Shown here: one piece after another, positions 25,601-38,100 of the stretch
How positions within the stretch are numbered: position 1 is the first letter of the stretch
Layout of the letters: each line of letters starts with the position of its first letter
DNA from: Mytilus edulis
Taxonomy: Eukaryota
Reading direction: 5' to 3'
DNA length: 64,000 bases
Assembly (NCBI RefSeq): GCF_963676685.1
Contig: NC_092352.1
Location: 42,904,001-42,968,000 of the forward strand
The notes under the pieces: generated by a model
What the model saw: the letters and a program-made list of their open reading frames with translations, nothing else
Databases searched by the model: none
Told to the model about the DNA's origin: nothing
Program-made: the position numbers and the translations under genes

Positions 25601-27344
25601 GAAAAGTTTAGGTAGCAGTTGAGAGCAGATTTTTTATTGTTCTGTTTTATTTAATATAACCCTAATCAATTACATGATCTATTTTCAAAATTAATCAACG
25701 GTATTATTCTAAAACTACTTCAACAATCTATAACAAATGTAAAATATGCCAATTATGAAATAAACATAGGTTGAATAGTCCTAAAGCACATCATTTACTT
25801 TCAAATGATGTTTTATCTAAGATATCTGAAAACATTGAAACGGAAGAACAAGTGTAACATTAAAATGTATAAAGGTATATACATATAGTTTCCCTCTAAA
25901 ATAACTTCTCCTGACTTTGATAACATATCTTTTTTCTGAGATCTTTCGGAACAAGAATATGTCGGGTTGTTAAATGTTATTAGACGATTGGACTTAAATG
26001 CTGTTCGGTAAAATCCTTAATAATCAAATCTTCAGTTTACCTTTTTATTTTGGATGATTTCTTTACATGCAAACAAAAGTACGTTACTTCCTTTCCTACC
26101 TAAGAGCGAATAGGATGTTCATAACACTTAAATTGAGAATAGAAATGGGGAATGCATATAAGAGACAACACTCCACCAAAGAGCAGAAAACAGCCTCAGG
26201 TCACCAATCGGTCTTCAACACAGCGAGAAATTAAGGATTTATTTATTTTAGGCTCTTGACTAGAGACAGGGGCAAAAATGTGTGTAATGTGTTTCTCAAG
26301 AAACCCTTTATACCTCTAGTCATTGTAGAAAAACAAAAACACAGCAAAAAGTGCAGTCAAAGTACGCGTCCGATGTCAGAATAGGTAACAAAAGAAGGTA
26401 AGCTCCGGACCTCTATTAAACCTATGTCTTCATCCTATTAAAATCAAGCGCAATCTCTCCGTTAGGGGTTTGGTATCATACCATCATAAAATATAAGAGA
26501 AGAACATAACCCGTGTAATGTTGAATATTCAATGATCAACTCTATTTACAGAAATTTTGTTAAAAATTTCACGTAAACGTCTCTATGTCCAGACAATCCA
26601 TTCTAATGCGTCAAATCAAATATAAAGTCTAATGATTTATGTATATTATATCCACACATGGTACCTGTTATTCCATATATTAACCCCATAATAAAACCTC
26701 ATATAATTCATGATAACAAATAATGTTTTACATGACTGTTAATTGGTTGCACTGGTGATGTGATAGGGTGTTCATATGTGCAACAAAAGTATAGTACATC
26801 AACTTACGAATTACTTTATTAAAATATTAGAAATACCTTTAAAGCATTATTACTGGGAATAATCGTCAAAGGTATCAAGCTTCAGATAGTTTGTGTTGTC
26901 ATAAAATGTACATTAAGACGTCTTATTATCGTTGTACTATACTCTGATACGAAACGATGTAAACTAAAGAAAATAATCTGAGATGTTTCCATTCATAAAA
27001 TTGTAGACCTTCAAAAGCGTATTTGCATTAAAATTGATAATTCAGGTAACGCACCTTTTTTTACGTTCTTTTGCTGAATCTAATGGTCTACAGAATCTTG
27101 AGTACTTTTGGGAAATTAATACATTTACAATGGTCATGAATCTCACACAAAAGGTCAATGGTCATGTCGCTTTGTTAAGCTTATTGAAAAACAATTGGAA
27201 ATCCACTTTATTTTTTCTGTGAGAAATCAATCGCTTTAACGTTACCAGAAAAATCTTAAATTATTGTTCGTTCTTGTTACCTGCTCAAAAAGTTTGATGT
27301 CAGGTACAGCAAAAACCCAACCAATAGCTTGATATTGAAGAAAC
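22680..27344 (-). pseudogene. Decayed multi-exon membrane-protein gene, possibly the 3' body of a DNAJC16-like gene; exon relics about 27344-27055, 26060-25883, 25148-25052, 24650-24250, 23408-22680
   Basis: Canonical splice sites; one clean TM exon (NLLFQFILTFLLAVISVHFFLMRLFSTTFYKL) is phase-compatible with the upstream relic; the terminal exon is multi-TM; other exons carry stops and frameshifts. The DNAJC16 link is weak inference. Confidence 0.5.
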
Positions 27345-28368
27345 CTGAAATTATTGAAAAACAAGGAAATAATAAACATTTCAAAGTTTATTGTACTTAT
27401 TACTAGTATTCAATTAAGGAATCGTTACTGTCTGAAAGTACTTTAGCCGATTTGATAAGTTAAATTTATGAGTTGTTTATGTGTTCATTTTCAGCTCGTT
27501 ACATTGATATTTGTTTTACTGCCTTGAGTATTATTCAAAGTGTCTTGGAAATTCAAAATATCTCATATTGAAATAGTATCCTATAACACTCCATTGACAG
27601 TTGAATATAAAGACACAGAGGCGTGATATGATTGTCAAAGTCAACTATCAACCAGTGTAAATGCCATGTAAGTAATCCAAGTACTGAAGATCACATAGCG
27701 GTATTACAAACGAAAAAAAAATCCATAAAATAATTAGCTAGCCACGGCCAAAACATGACAAAAGAGTGGCAAAAGTTATCAAAAGAGTATCCAAAATAAT
27801 GCGTCGAAAATTAAATTACAAACCCATGTCAAAAACGAAAAAAGGTCGAAAGACAAACAACTGTATAAAAAACACAAGTACAGCTTTAAAAACTAAAAAC
27901 ATCCACCAAAACAGCCGAAGATGAAATCGTGTTATCCGGATTTGTAAATCCTCCTCCACATGTACAACCGTAGCTATAAAAAAGACAAAATGTAAAACAA
28001 TTTAAACAAGAAAACCAACAGCACAATTTTGACAAAACAGTTAACAATAAAGGAATGTATAACACACACAACAACCAACGAAGACGCCTAAACTACAGGT
28101 TCCTGACTTGGAACAAACACTTTAAGAATGCAGCTCGCTTACACATGTTTTTGAGTGTATAAAGCTCTCCCCTTACCTGAAATAGTTAAGTAATGTTTGT
28201 TGCCATTTTATACGTATTTTGATCATTTTTTTACTTTGGGTTGTGGTCTCAATGACATTTGTGTTCGTCTATATTTTCGCGGGGTCGGTGTATGTAATTT
28301 GTTGTAGTCTATAATACAAAGAAAGACCTGTCCAAAATTTTGCCATTTTAGAATAATATTTTCTGGTA

Positions 28369-31300
28369 TCATTGTTTTGAAATGCAAATAAGCACGCATA
28401 CCATAAGTATCAATAGTATCATCCCTCTAGGTAACCAAACTAGAAAAATATTATACCTACCTCTTATTGGATTTTCTAAAGATGTAAACACGTTTGTCCG
28501 AAAGGTAAATACTTCTGATCCTAATATATATAATTGTGATCCTAATAAATATACTTTTGATCGTAATGTTATTAGCCATACATTTACTGCATCAAAGGTA
28601 CCTGTTGTAGATACTGGAATATTCCAATCATATTCTTCTTTTTCCCGTCCAAAAGAAGGATTTCGTTTTTTGTATCGGCTTCGACTTGCATCGTCTAAAA
28701 GTATTGTGTATGCATGAGTCAATTTGATAAATTTTTCGGCAGCAAACTCATCGCACTGAATAGAAATAATATATTTATTCAATATTATTGTCTCATAATA
28801 CATTTTTGTGCCAATAACAAATGTAACAAAATATTTTCACTAACTCTCGTTTATAGAAAAGTCATACATGTGCTGTTAATTAATATTATATTGTCATTTA
28901 TTCAATTGTTCAAGCCATACCAGTAGCCTCAAACATCTGAACATTTATGTTGTTTTATTTGTTACGAGATTGATACAGCAGTATCTTATATAACTGGTCA
29001 AGTTTGATTCCACAAGGTAATATATTCGAGAATTACAATTTTTAAAGATTCAAATATCATCAGGTATAAAAAAGATAGAAAATTAACATTCAAACATAAA
29101 AGTCGTATAAATAAAACTATGTACTGACGGTTTTAAGATATAAAAACATCAGAGACTAGGTTTATTGTTCTGTGCGTCAGGCGTGCATTTCGTCTACAAA
29201 AGAATCATCACTGACGCGCAAAACATTAAAGTTCAAAGGCAAAATAAAGTACATAAATGAAAAATATTGAGGGGCACAAATTCAGTCTGGTTTCGAAAAA
29301 TATTAATTCTTGAAAATGTTTTAAAAAAATAATGAAAAATGCATTCGTTATGGTCAATAGTAGAAACATTTCGTATGCGACTTTTTCAAAAATTAATACT
29401 TTAAGTTAAATCCCTAGATTTATCCCTTTGATAAACAGCATCTTCCAAGGAATCAAGCTAATACACAACCAAGTATTCAGAAAATAATTATATTTAGTAC
29501 ACAAAAAAGACTGTCGAAGAAAAGATATAGAATGAAATTCAAAACAGTGTGGCTGTGGCCATTGATTGACACATTAAATTCATCCATTGACTGGGACAAT
29601 TTACGTGAACGTTTGTATGTAACGACCACTGTTCACGACGTACCTACGATAGACATTTAAACTGTGGGGTCACCAAAGGTTTCTTAACGCCTTTAATTAT
29701 AAAATAATTCGAAAAAATAATCAGGAATAACCTTTATGTTTTGATTTATATAATTTATATAAATCAAAACATCGAGTTATTTCTGATTAATTTTTTCGAA
29801 TTACTTTAATAAGGTGTTGAGAACCTTTGGTGATCCCATAGTTTAAGTGTCTTTAAAAAGTACATAGTGAGCAGTGGTCGTTACATACAAACGTTTACCT
29901 AAATTGTCCCATTCAATTGATGAATTCAATGTGTCAATCAATGGCCACAGCCACACTGTTTTGAATTTCATTCTATATAGTTTGAACATTATCTTCTTTT
30001 ATATAGATGTTAAAAGATTTCGTAAATGATAAATGATTATAATTCCATAAAAAAGTGTGATTTTCAAGGTTAATTACCAATAATTGTTTTAGCATTTTTA
30101 TGCAGGAATTTGGCGGTTTTTTTTCTGGTAAATACATATTTTGTTTAAATGTGTCATTCTAGGGTTCTAGAATTTTCTATTTGTTCAATTATTTTAACAA
30201 TTGTCTAATTCAGACTATAAATATGTCAAGGAATTTCATCTTTATATGGTTATATTTTTTTTAAATGAAAGAAAAAAATGTCAGGGCTAATTTCAACAAG
30301 ATTTTGACAAATGATACATTGACCTCTACCCTATCCATTTTTTTTAAAGACGAGTCAGGTGATACAAGTAAGTTCGGAGTAACACAGGACTATCTCCTTT
30401 TTAGAAAAAGTATCCCTCAGTTAACCATCTATTTAAATTTATGTCCATTTAGTTTAACTACTCTCAAAAATTTTGATATCTTTTGTATATACTTCCTGAA
30501 AATAGTTCAAGAAAAATATTTTTCTGAGAACAATCCAGGTGTCGACAAATTTACCTTCATACATACTGTCACTCATTCCACAAAATCGTGATATATAAGG
30601 AATGGATGCATTATGTTTGAGCAAAAAGAAAGGAGTCGGACAAAGGAACACTAGTAACCAAAATGATAATCTAGTATTTGTCATTCATTATTTCTGTCGC
30701 TCAATGGTCATTGATATTTTCACTTTTTCACATAAATGAGTTTACAATCTTGCGCTAAAATGGGTTATACTTTGGCGCTTAAACGACCGATATTTTCTTT
30801 GAAAAGTCCTGTCAATGCGCTAAATTGTCACTAACCGAAACAAGGTCAGATCACAACATACATTTCAGAGAACGCTCTAATTATTCGGGGAATGAAATTA
30901 TTTACAACTCTAATTGTATTAGAAAAAAACGGCTGTTTTATTTGCAACGTTCGGAGAAAACTTTAAACATTTTGTAAAACAGAGAAAATCAAAGGGATTG
31001 AAATCACTCTCGGAAAGATTTGAAGAGTAGCTGAATAATTTCAAATCATATTTAGGTATGGTGTGACAAAAAAAAGAACATTAATAATTTTCATATCATT
31101 ATAAAATTGCACAACAATTTTTTTAAATTTAATTAAAAATTGCATACCTTAACCAAAATAATGTTCCCTGTTACGTATGCATGTTTCACATTTTATGTTT
31201 TAATTTCAGAAACACAAAAAAAACCTAAATTTAGATTATTCTAATAATAGACTTGAAACTTAGATCCTAATTTCTCCGAAATGTAATCTACAAGTTCAGT

Positions 31301-34300
31301 ATTTAATAAGTCATTCGACCAAAACCGGGTCTGAAGATTGAAATAAACAATTAATTTCCCCATATGCGACAATGGTAGCCTTTTTCGAGATACAGACTTT
31401 AGAAAGTTGATTTTCTTAACGAAACCTTCCTAGAATTAAAGAAAAGTTATTAGGACAGTATTTTTTGGTCCAAAAAATATAGGTTCGCGTTGCTTTTCTT
31501 AGCGTATTTTGTACTTATCTCCCATGCCTATCAATTTTGCCCTTAAAAATACGTGTCTTGTCCTAGCGTTGAAAAGTCATCTCAGTGCCTTTAGGGCTAC
31601 GGAATAATTTTTATTTTGCCTTTTGTATAAAGCAGAGTGCACGAAATCTCTAATGATAAAAAAATAACGGGCGCACATATCGACCAATCAGGATTCGCCA
31701 TACTCTTAATTCTGAATACCATGTTATGCTCATAAAATGGCTGCGCCCATAAAATCTAATGGTGTATTGTAACCTATACCTGCGTCGCTGCATTCATTGG
31801 ATGAGGTAACAATTATAACAAAGCATAATTGATAAATCCCATAAAGAAATGTTTTTATACAGGTGGACAATAAGTGGTAAATATCAAACAAGCAGATGTT
31901 AGAATTTCTAATTCGGTATAACTCAGCATCATAAAGCTGCAGACCGAATATCAAATAAATCGCTTTAAGAAAAGCCGAGAAAAATTTAACGAAAATTGTC
32001 TTTTTTCGGATGGACGCAATCGAGCAGGTACAATACCAGTTTTGCTTTTGGTGCCGCTGGTAAAAAGAATCTCAGCTGTAAAAATTGAAACTAAGACAGA
32101 ATAAGAAATTGATTTCCTTGACTCTTTAGACCCGTAAAACATATGGCAAAATTTTGGGTACTTTGCTAATTAGCAAATCGGCCATTTTGCCTTACCATGA
32201 CGGTAGCCATTACAATAGGATTATATATGCCCCTTAGATAAAATTGGGAGTATGCCAATTCCTATGCTGTATCAACAATTTGTCCGCATATAGGTGATTT
32301 GTACATGTGTTTAGTGTTCTGTTAGTGTACAAGTGAACATTGTCTACTTTGAAAACTTACGGCCTTTTTAGTTTGAAAATTGGAAGCGTAACCGTAGTAT
32401 AGCTGCTATATAAAATATCGAAAAATCATAAAAAATCATAGAAAAATGTTCCAAACAGAAATCAAGATACAAGTAGGAATTGTACATGATCTGTCCGCAT
32501 ACGGGTCATTATCAAAAAAAGTGCAAATTTACACGAGGTAACATTTTGAAAAATGATGTCATTGTTTAAAACATTTAAATGTGTTCCACTATTCCATAGT
32601 ATGGTAGTAACGTTATTCAGAAATATGCAATGGGAAAAATGAAGAGTTCCTTCAATTTTAACAATTTAAGGTCATGCTTTCATAGAATTGTGTCAATGGT
32701 GTTACCAATTTAAAGCATACATTTAGCTACTAAATATTATTGTTTAACATCAAACAACTGTTCCAAAATGTTGTTTAGGTTAAAATTACGACTTATTGAC
32801 ATTATTCATATTCAAAAATAATTTCAGAATATATTGTCGTAAAAAAGTTGGTTGTCCTAATCATGGCCATGTAAATACTAAAATATGCACTTAAAATGAA
32901 TATATGTGAATTGTGTAAGGTTAAATGATAATAATATATATAATCCTTCGTACACGACCTAAAAACACAAACACTTATATTCATGAATGAAAATAAAACA
33001 AATGTCGCATTTTTATATATTAACACCACTGACCCTTCAGTTACTCCAATGACACAAAAGTATCACCATTGACATCACATTTCAAATTTTACCTTTATTA
33101 AGTTCTGAACACAGAGCCAAAAACACCGAGCAAAAGAAAAAGATAAAAAAATAATTCTAATGCTAAAATATCTCAAATTATGTAACATAACATCAATAAC
33201 TAAAAATGTCAATAGTGTCATTGGTGTTACATGTACCAGCGTACATCAGTTTGTGAAAACCTTGTATATGTAATACATGATATTGTTAAAACATTGTTAA
33301 ATAAGTATTGTTTTTCGTAAATAATATGATGTTTGAAACATCATATTATTTACGAAAAACAATACTCTTGTTACGCATGAAAGAAACACAAAACAATGCT
33401 GATTGTCATGATATATTTAGTGGTGTTACTAAACTGGTCAATGGTGTTATTTTATCAAAATGGTCTCACCATTGACAGTAACACCAATGATTTAAGGAGT
33501 ATTTTAAGATTTAGTTACGAAATAAGTGCTCCATTCCCCTATTCTATATGTTGTTTCTGGTGCATGTTTCTATAATCAATATATTTCATAATTCAAAGTC
33601 CAGGAAATGTTTTCAAAAAAATGATTTGTATAAGGGTACACCATGGACACTATTTTCAATTATGATATAGCTTTTACTTACTTTTAAGATTTTTTCACTA
33701 TATTTTCAACATAATTGTTTGGGGTTTATTTTGCAAAACATACTTACAGGTAATATTGCTAAGGGAGAAACTGTTTTAAATGCCCAAATCTTGCGAAAGA
33801 TAACTCTTATCCTACTAATTTGTCCTTTGGTTACACCATTGACTTAAAAAATGTAACATTTCCTTTTGGTGAAATTTTTTATTATAAAACCAACATACAC
33901 CTCCTAAATCATTAAAAAAAATGTTTGTATGTATCAAATGCAATAAAAAGTGATAAATCAAAGTGATAATCTCCAAAGGTTTCAGAAAACATTAAGGATG
34001 TTTTTATAACTTTTCATACTGTAAACTGTATATTGTGTATCACAAAACATTCATATCTAACATATGCAAGTGTTATTTTGATATATTTTCATGTCTGTGA
34101 CTTAAAAAGACCCAATAACATAGTTTTGCATGTTTTTTTGAGAACTTAAATGACCCATATAGGTTGAATTTTAAAGTTAAATAATTTCAACTTACCTGCT
34201 ATTTAAAGTTTTCGGTCAATAGTTTAAAAACATGATGATTTCAAACATCCCAATTCGTAAAAAGTCAAATACTCAGCATGTTCCCTTAGAATTACACAAT

Positions 34301-35068
34301 ATTTTTATAATATCCGCCAAGGGAGTTTTCAAAAACACAATAGTTTTAGACCCATGACGGAAAAGGACTGGATTATCCGCAAATTTGATAGAATTTATAT
34401 TTTCAATCTTAAACTAAATGAAGTAAATTGATCAAAAGGGCCAAAGTCACGTGGTGCAAATCTTATGAATAATGTACCCTTCATTTTGCCATATGAAAGC
34501 ATTCAGACGGCTTATTGTTAAAGGTAGTAGTCCACTACGGTGACATGTAGTTAATTGTTAACTTCTACGTCATTTGGTGTACTTTAGAGAGTTGATATAA
34601 TTGACACTTATCTAGTTCTTATCTTGATAAATATACAGATTATTCGTACAACAGTGGTGTGCATTATATTTTCTTATTACCCCTAATTAAGAAACATAAT
34701 CTTAAGTATAGATTTTACGTGCTTGTTATTTATCTGCTTATATTTATCTACGTTTGTTTATGTTTATAACGATGTCACATGCCAGTCGGTGATTCTTGTC
34801 ATTCGGCAACTATTCTAAATAGCTTTTAGTCAATTCGGCTGGTAGAGCCCGTTTATAAATCATCAAAGCCAATAAGCAATGTAAACGAAAGTATATAATA
34901 CATATATACCTGGTTTTTGTCTGGGTGTATTCTTTTCGAGATGGCTCTATACGCCGACTTAATTTCACGTTTACTAGCTGTTCTGGTTATTCCCAATACC
35001 TTGAAATAATTTTCTTCTCCGTGACATTTTACCAGTAGTAAGAATAGAACAATTGTGAACATAAACAT
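28369..35068 (-). CDS. Signal peptide + J-domain (DnaJ/Hsp40) + C-terminal TM protein, 181 aa; exons 35068-34910 and 28755-28369
   Basis: [53 protein letters not shown]|[28 protein letters not shown]...; intact HPD; phase-0 intron CAG|GTATAT...TTCTATTCAG joins the two halves of the J domain; C-terminal hydrophobic [14 protein letters not shown]. Confidence 0.9.
29173..29300 (-). repeat. Degenerate hammerhead/retrozyme-like relic
   Basis: Minus strand GCGTCA-GTGATGA-TTCT-TTTGT-AGAC-GAAA-TGCACGCCTGACGCA; same layout as 1427-1470 but with core and stem II mutations. Confidence 0.45.
29525..29978. mobile_element. ~450-bp fully palindromic MITE with TA-flanked ends
   Basis: ATATAGAATGAAATTCAAAACAGTGTGGCTGTGGCCATTGATTGACAC and its exact reverse complement at 29931-29978; arms about 220 bp. 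Confidence 0.9.
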
Positions 35069-35158
35069 TGTGTCTGTCAATCATTGAGGTTAAAATATAT
35101 TCTTCCAAATTTTCAAGTGTGTGTTCATTATGAATTAGACGTAATTAAAGATCATTGA

Positions 35159-35195
35159 TTTATAAAGGTAATGTTGGAGAAACGAAAGTGAAACT
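35159..35195 (-). promoter_or_regulatory. TATA box (35159-35165) and tandem ISRE/IRF-E (35179-35195) upstream of the J-domain gene
   Basis: Gene-strand AGTTTCACTTTCGTTTC matches the ISRE consensus AGTTTCNNTTTC with a third GAAA core; TATAAAT follows 13 bp downstream; the ATG is about 90 bp further on. Confidence 0.7.
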
Positions 35196-38100
35196 AAAAT
35201 ATCTATGTAAACCTTAAATCCAAATATATCAGTAATTGATTAAATCTGTTTCATCTTTGTTATGCAGGATGACAATCATGTGTGTCCTCTGAGAACTGGT
35301 TAAATCGAGTTTTGGTTCAATAAATAAAAACGGAAAATGCCTTCGTGTAACCCGTTTGGTATTGAATTTCCCCTCCAAACCGAGAACTTATATAAGATTC
35401 ACCATGAAAAAAAATAAACTGCTGTTTGATAACCGTTTCTGTTCTGGATTTTAACATGTATATATGTGTACATTGCAAAATAGAGTAGTTTGTCTGTTGC
35501 GAAGAACCTTCTTTTGCAAGTTCTTATTGTAAAAAAGATTTTGTCATTATATTGATTATGACATTATGCTATTAATAAAACAACCCAATTCTAAATTTAA
35601 CGTTTAAACCCAATAGTTATCAGTGCATTTCCGAAATGTCGTATTAATAAGTTCGATGAAATTCAATAAGCTGACTTATTTTTTATATATCACGATATCT
35701 TGTTTAACAATCCCCAAGCAGAGTAAATGAGGAAAAAGACATCAAAACTGCTAAGATGACCCTTTGTCGAAAATAAAAGACACTTATTCAAATAAGTCAT
35801 AATTGAACACAATTGCCACTTTTTAATTAAAGCGTATTCTTACTTTCGAAATTTGTGAGTCTTTTGTTTATTAAATCAAAAATTCTGTAATTTATCCTTG
35901 GAGAACTTAGTTGGTTGTTATATGTAGCTTTGATGCTTTGGCTAGCTTTCAGAAACTTTAAGATCGATATTCTCTGTTCTCTTTCGTTTGTTAATGAATT
36001 TTTGTGCTTATTGCCTACCTAAATTAGTAGTAACTATCCTTGTTTAGCAAACTGTTAATATATCAGGCTGTTGTTTCTTCATTTCAACTATGTCACATTT
36101 TTTTCTCTTTTTATTTGGTACATGTTTACTAGGTTTTGCAACTTGTCAAATACCGTCATTTGACCTGTATAGTTTTTATCATTTTTGTCCCTTATCTTTG
36201 GGTCGAACTTGAGAGGTTTAGCGCTATAAAACCAGGTTCAATCCGCCATTTTCTACATTTTTAATTGCATTTGCCAAGACAGGAATATGACTGTTGTTGT
36301 CCATTCGTTTGATATGTTTTATGCTTTAATTTTGCCATTTAACACTGGACACTTTAAATTTGCAAAACACTCATTTGCAAATCCGCCGCCGCCTCAAATA
36401 AGAGGTACAGTGTCATGTATATAACCAAAATGTGCGGAAATACATGGGATTCAATAATTTCATTGAGTTTCTACTGTTACTATTATATTTATTTTGCTAT
36501 TTGATTTATAAAAACATGGGATTTTCAATATCCCATGGGACAGGGCAAAATCCGATGGGATCGACAAAATCCCATGGTATTTTGGTAAAATCCCATGGGA
36601 TAATTGTAGTCCCATGGGATATTTTTTGTTTTTGGTTGTAAATTTTTATAAGATGAATCTTTTTAATTGAATATCTTTTTTTCTTTGGAAATGTTAATTC
36701 AACATATTGTTCTATAACTGTTCAAAACTTCACTTTTAAACAACAAAGCAGATAATGTAAGTATCAACATATGTTTATTTATGAATTATAGAATACTTTT
36801 TCGAAACACAATTATTTTCCATTTGAAATCTTTGAAAACTCTATTATTAGGCTTAACATACTAGTAGCTGTTTAAGTAAAAGTATTTTTTCACAATATCC
36901 CTCCACTAAAAACAATAATAGTTTCTTATCATCAAGCATTGTGTGATTGTATAGTCCACTTTTTGGTCATTCAGCACATAACATTGATATTATTGTGGTT
37001 TCAATATCTGTTGGTATTTAAAAGAAGTCCAAATCATTGACTGAGTGATGAAAATAATAACTGATCCAACTTTTGTCTTTGAATTTATTCTGGTCTTGTT
37101 TCTAAAATGTTCTATGTTTTCTCCATGTATTCTAGGTGATGAATTTCAATCCTTCTGAAAAAGAACCAATAAAAATAGCTATTCGGTATGGATTTAACTG
37201 ATTGCTAAAGGTTGTCTGTTTACTTTAATTTTTTTTATTTAGGGACATCGCCACATGCACCTGTTTCTATCAACGGGAAGGTCGACTATCAATATGTAAT
37301 ATATATGGATAGTCGACCTTCCCATTGATAGATCAAAACAAGTACCTGTGCACATCTCTCCTCGGTCCTTCTTCTTTTAAGCTTATTATTTAGGGAAAGA
37401 AAGACAATTATTCTATACACATTAGCCGTTTTAGCTATACAAAACTGTTGGAAATGTAGGTTATACGTTAATAAGACAGCAACCAAATGACAAAGACAAA
37501 CTAAGGACATCCAGAAGGCAACATAGTATAGTATAGTTTTCAACAATATAGATAGATGTCTATGTTTCAGACCATATGAGTATTTGTACCGTACGCGTAC
37601 TTTTTCAAAATACACGACATACGTCTGACTGTTCGCGTACGGTCTGTCAGATTTAAAGAAGTTGGTCAAGTTTTAATACAAATAAATATATTACAGATCA
37701 ACATGACATAAATTTCGAATTGATATAAAAAGTTCAATTGTAATTGGAATAAAAACTTATTGTTTTGACTATTTTAATAGGTCGCGTTAATTTAATCTGG
37801 TAAGCTCCTGTATTTAGCATGAAATTCAATATTGCTCACTGAATTGAAGCCGACAAAATGTGGGTGAAAAGTTTCTAGAAAATTTAGGATTTTTTACTAG
37901 AAAAAAACGTCAAAACAGCTGTTTCCTTGTGAGACAACAGATCAATTTCTAGTTTTAATATAAAAATAAAATTTGATATAAACGATACAAAAACATTTAA
38001 TCGCTATTCTCCAAATAATGTAACAATTTAGGAAATAAAGGAAAAAGCCTAAATGTAAAAAAAGTTAAAAATTGGAAATTACCAATTTTTAACTATATAC

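Noticed and set aside
28382-28717. 111-aa plus-strand ORF
   Set aside because: Antisense shadow of J-gene exon 2.
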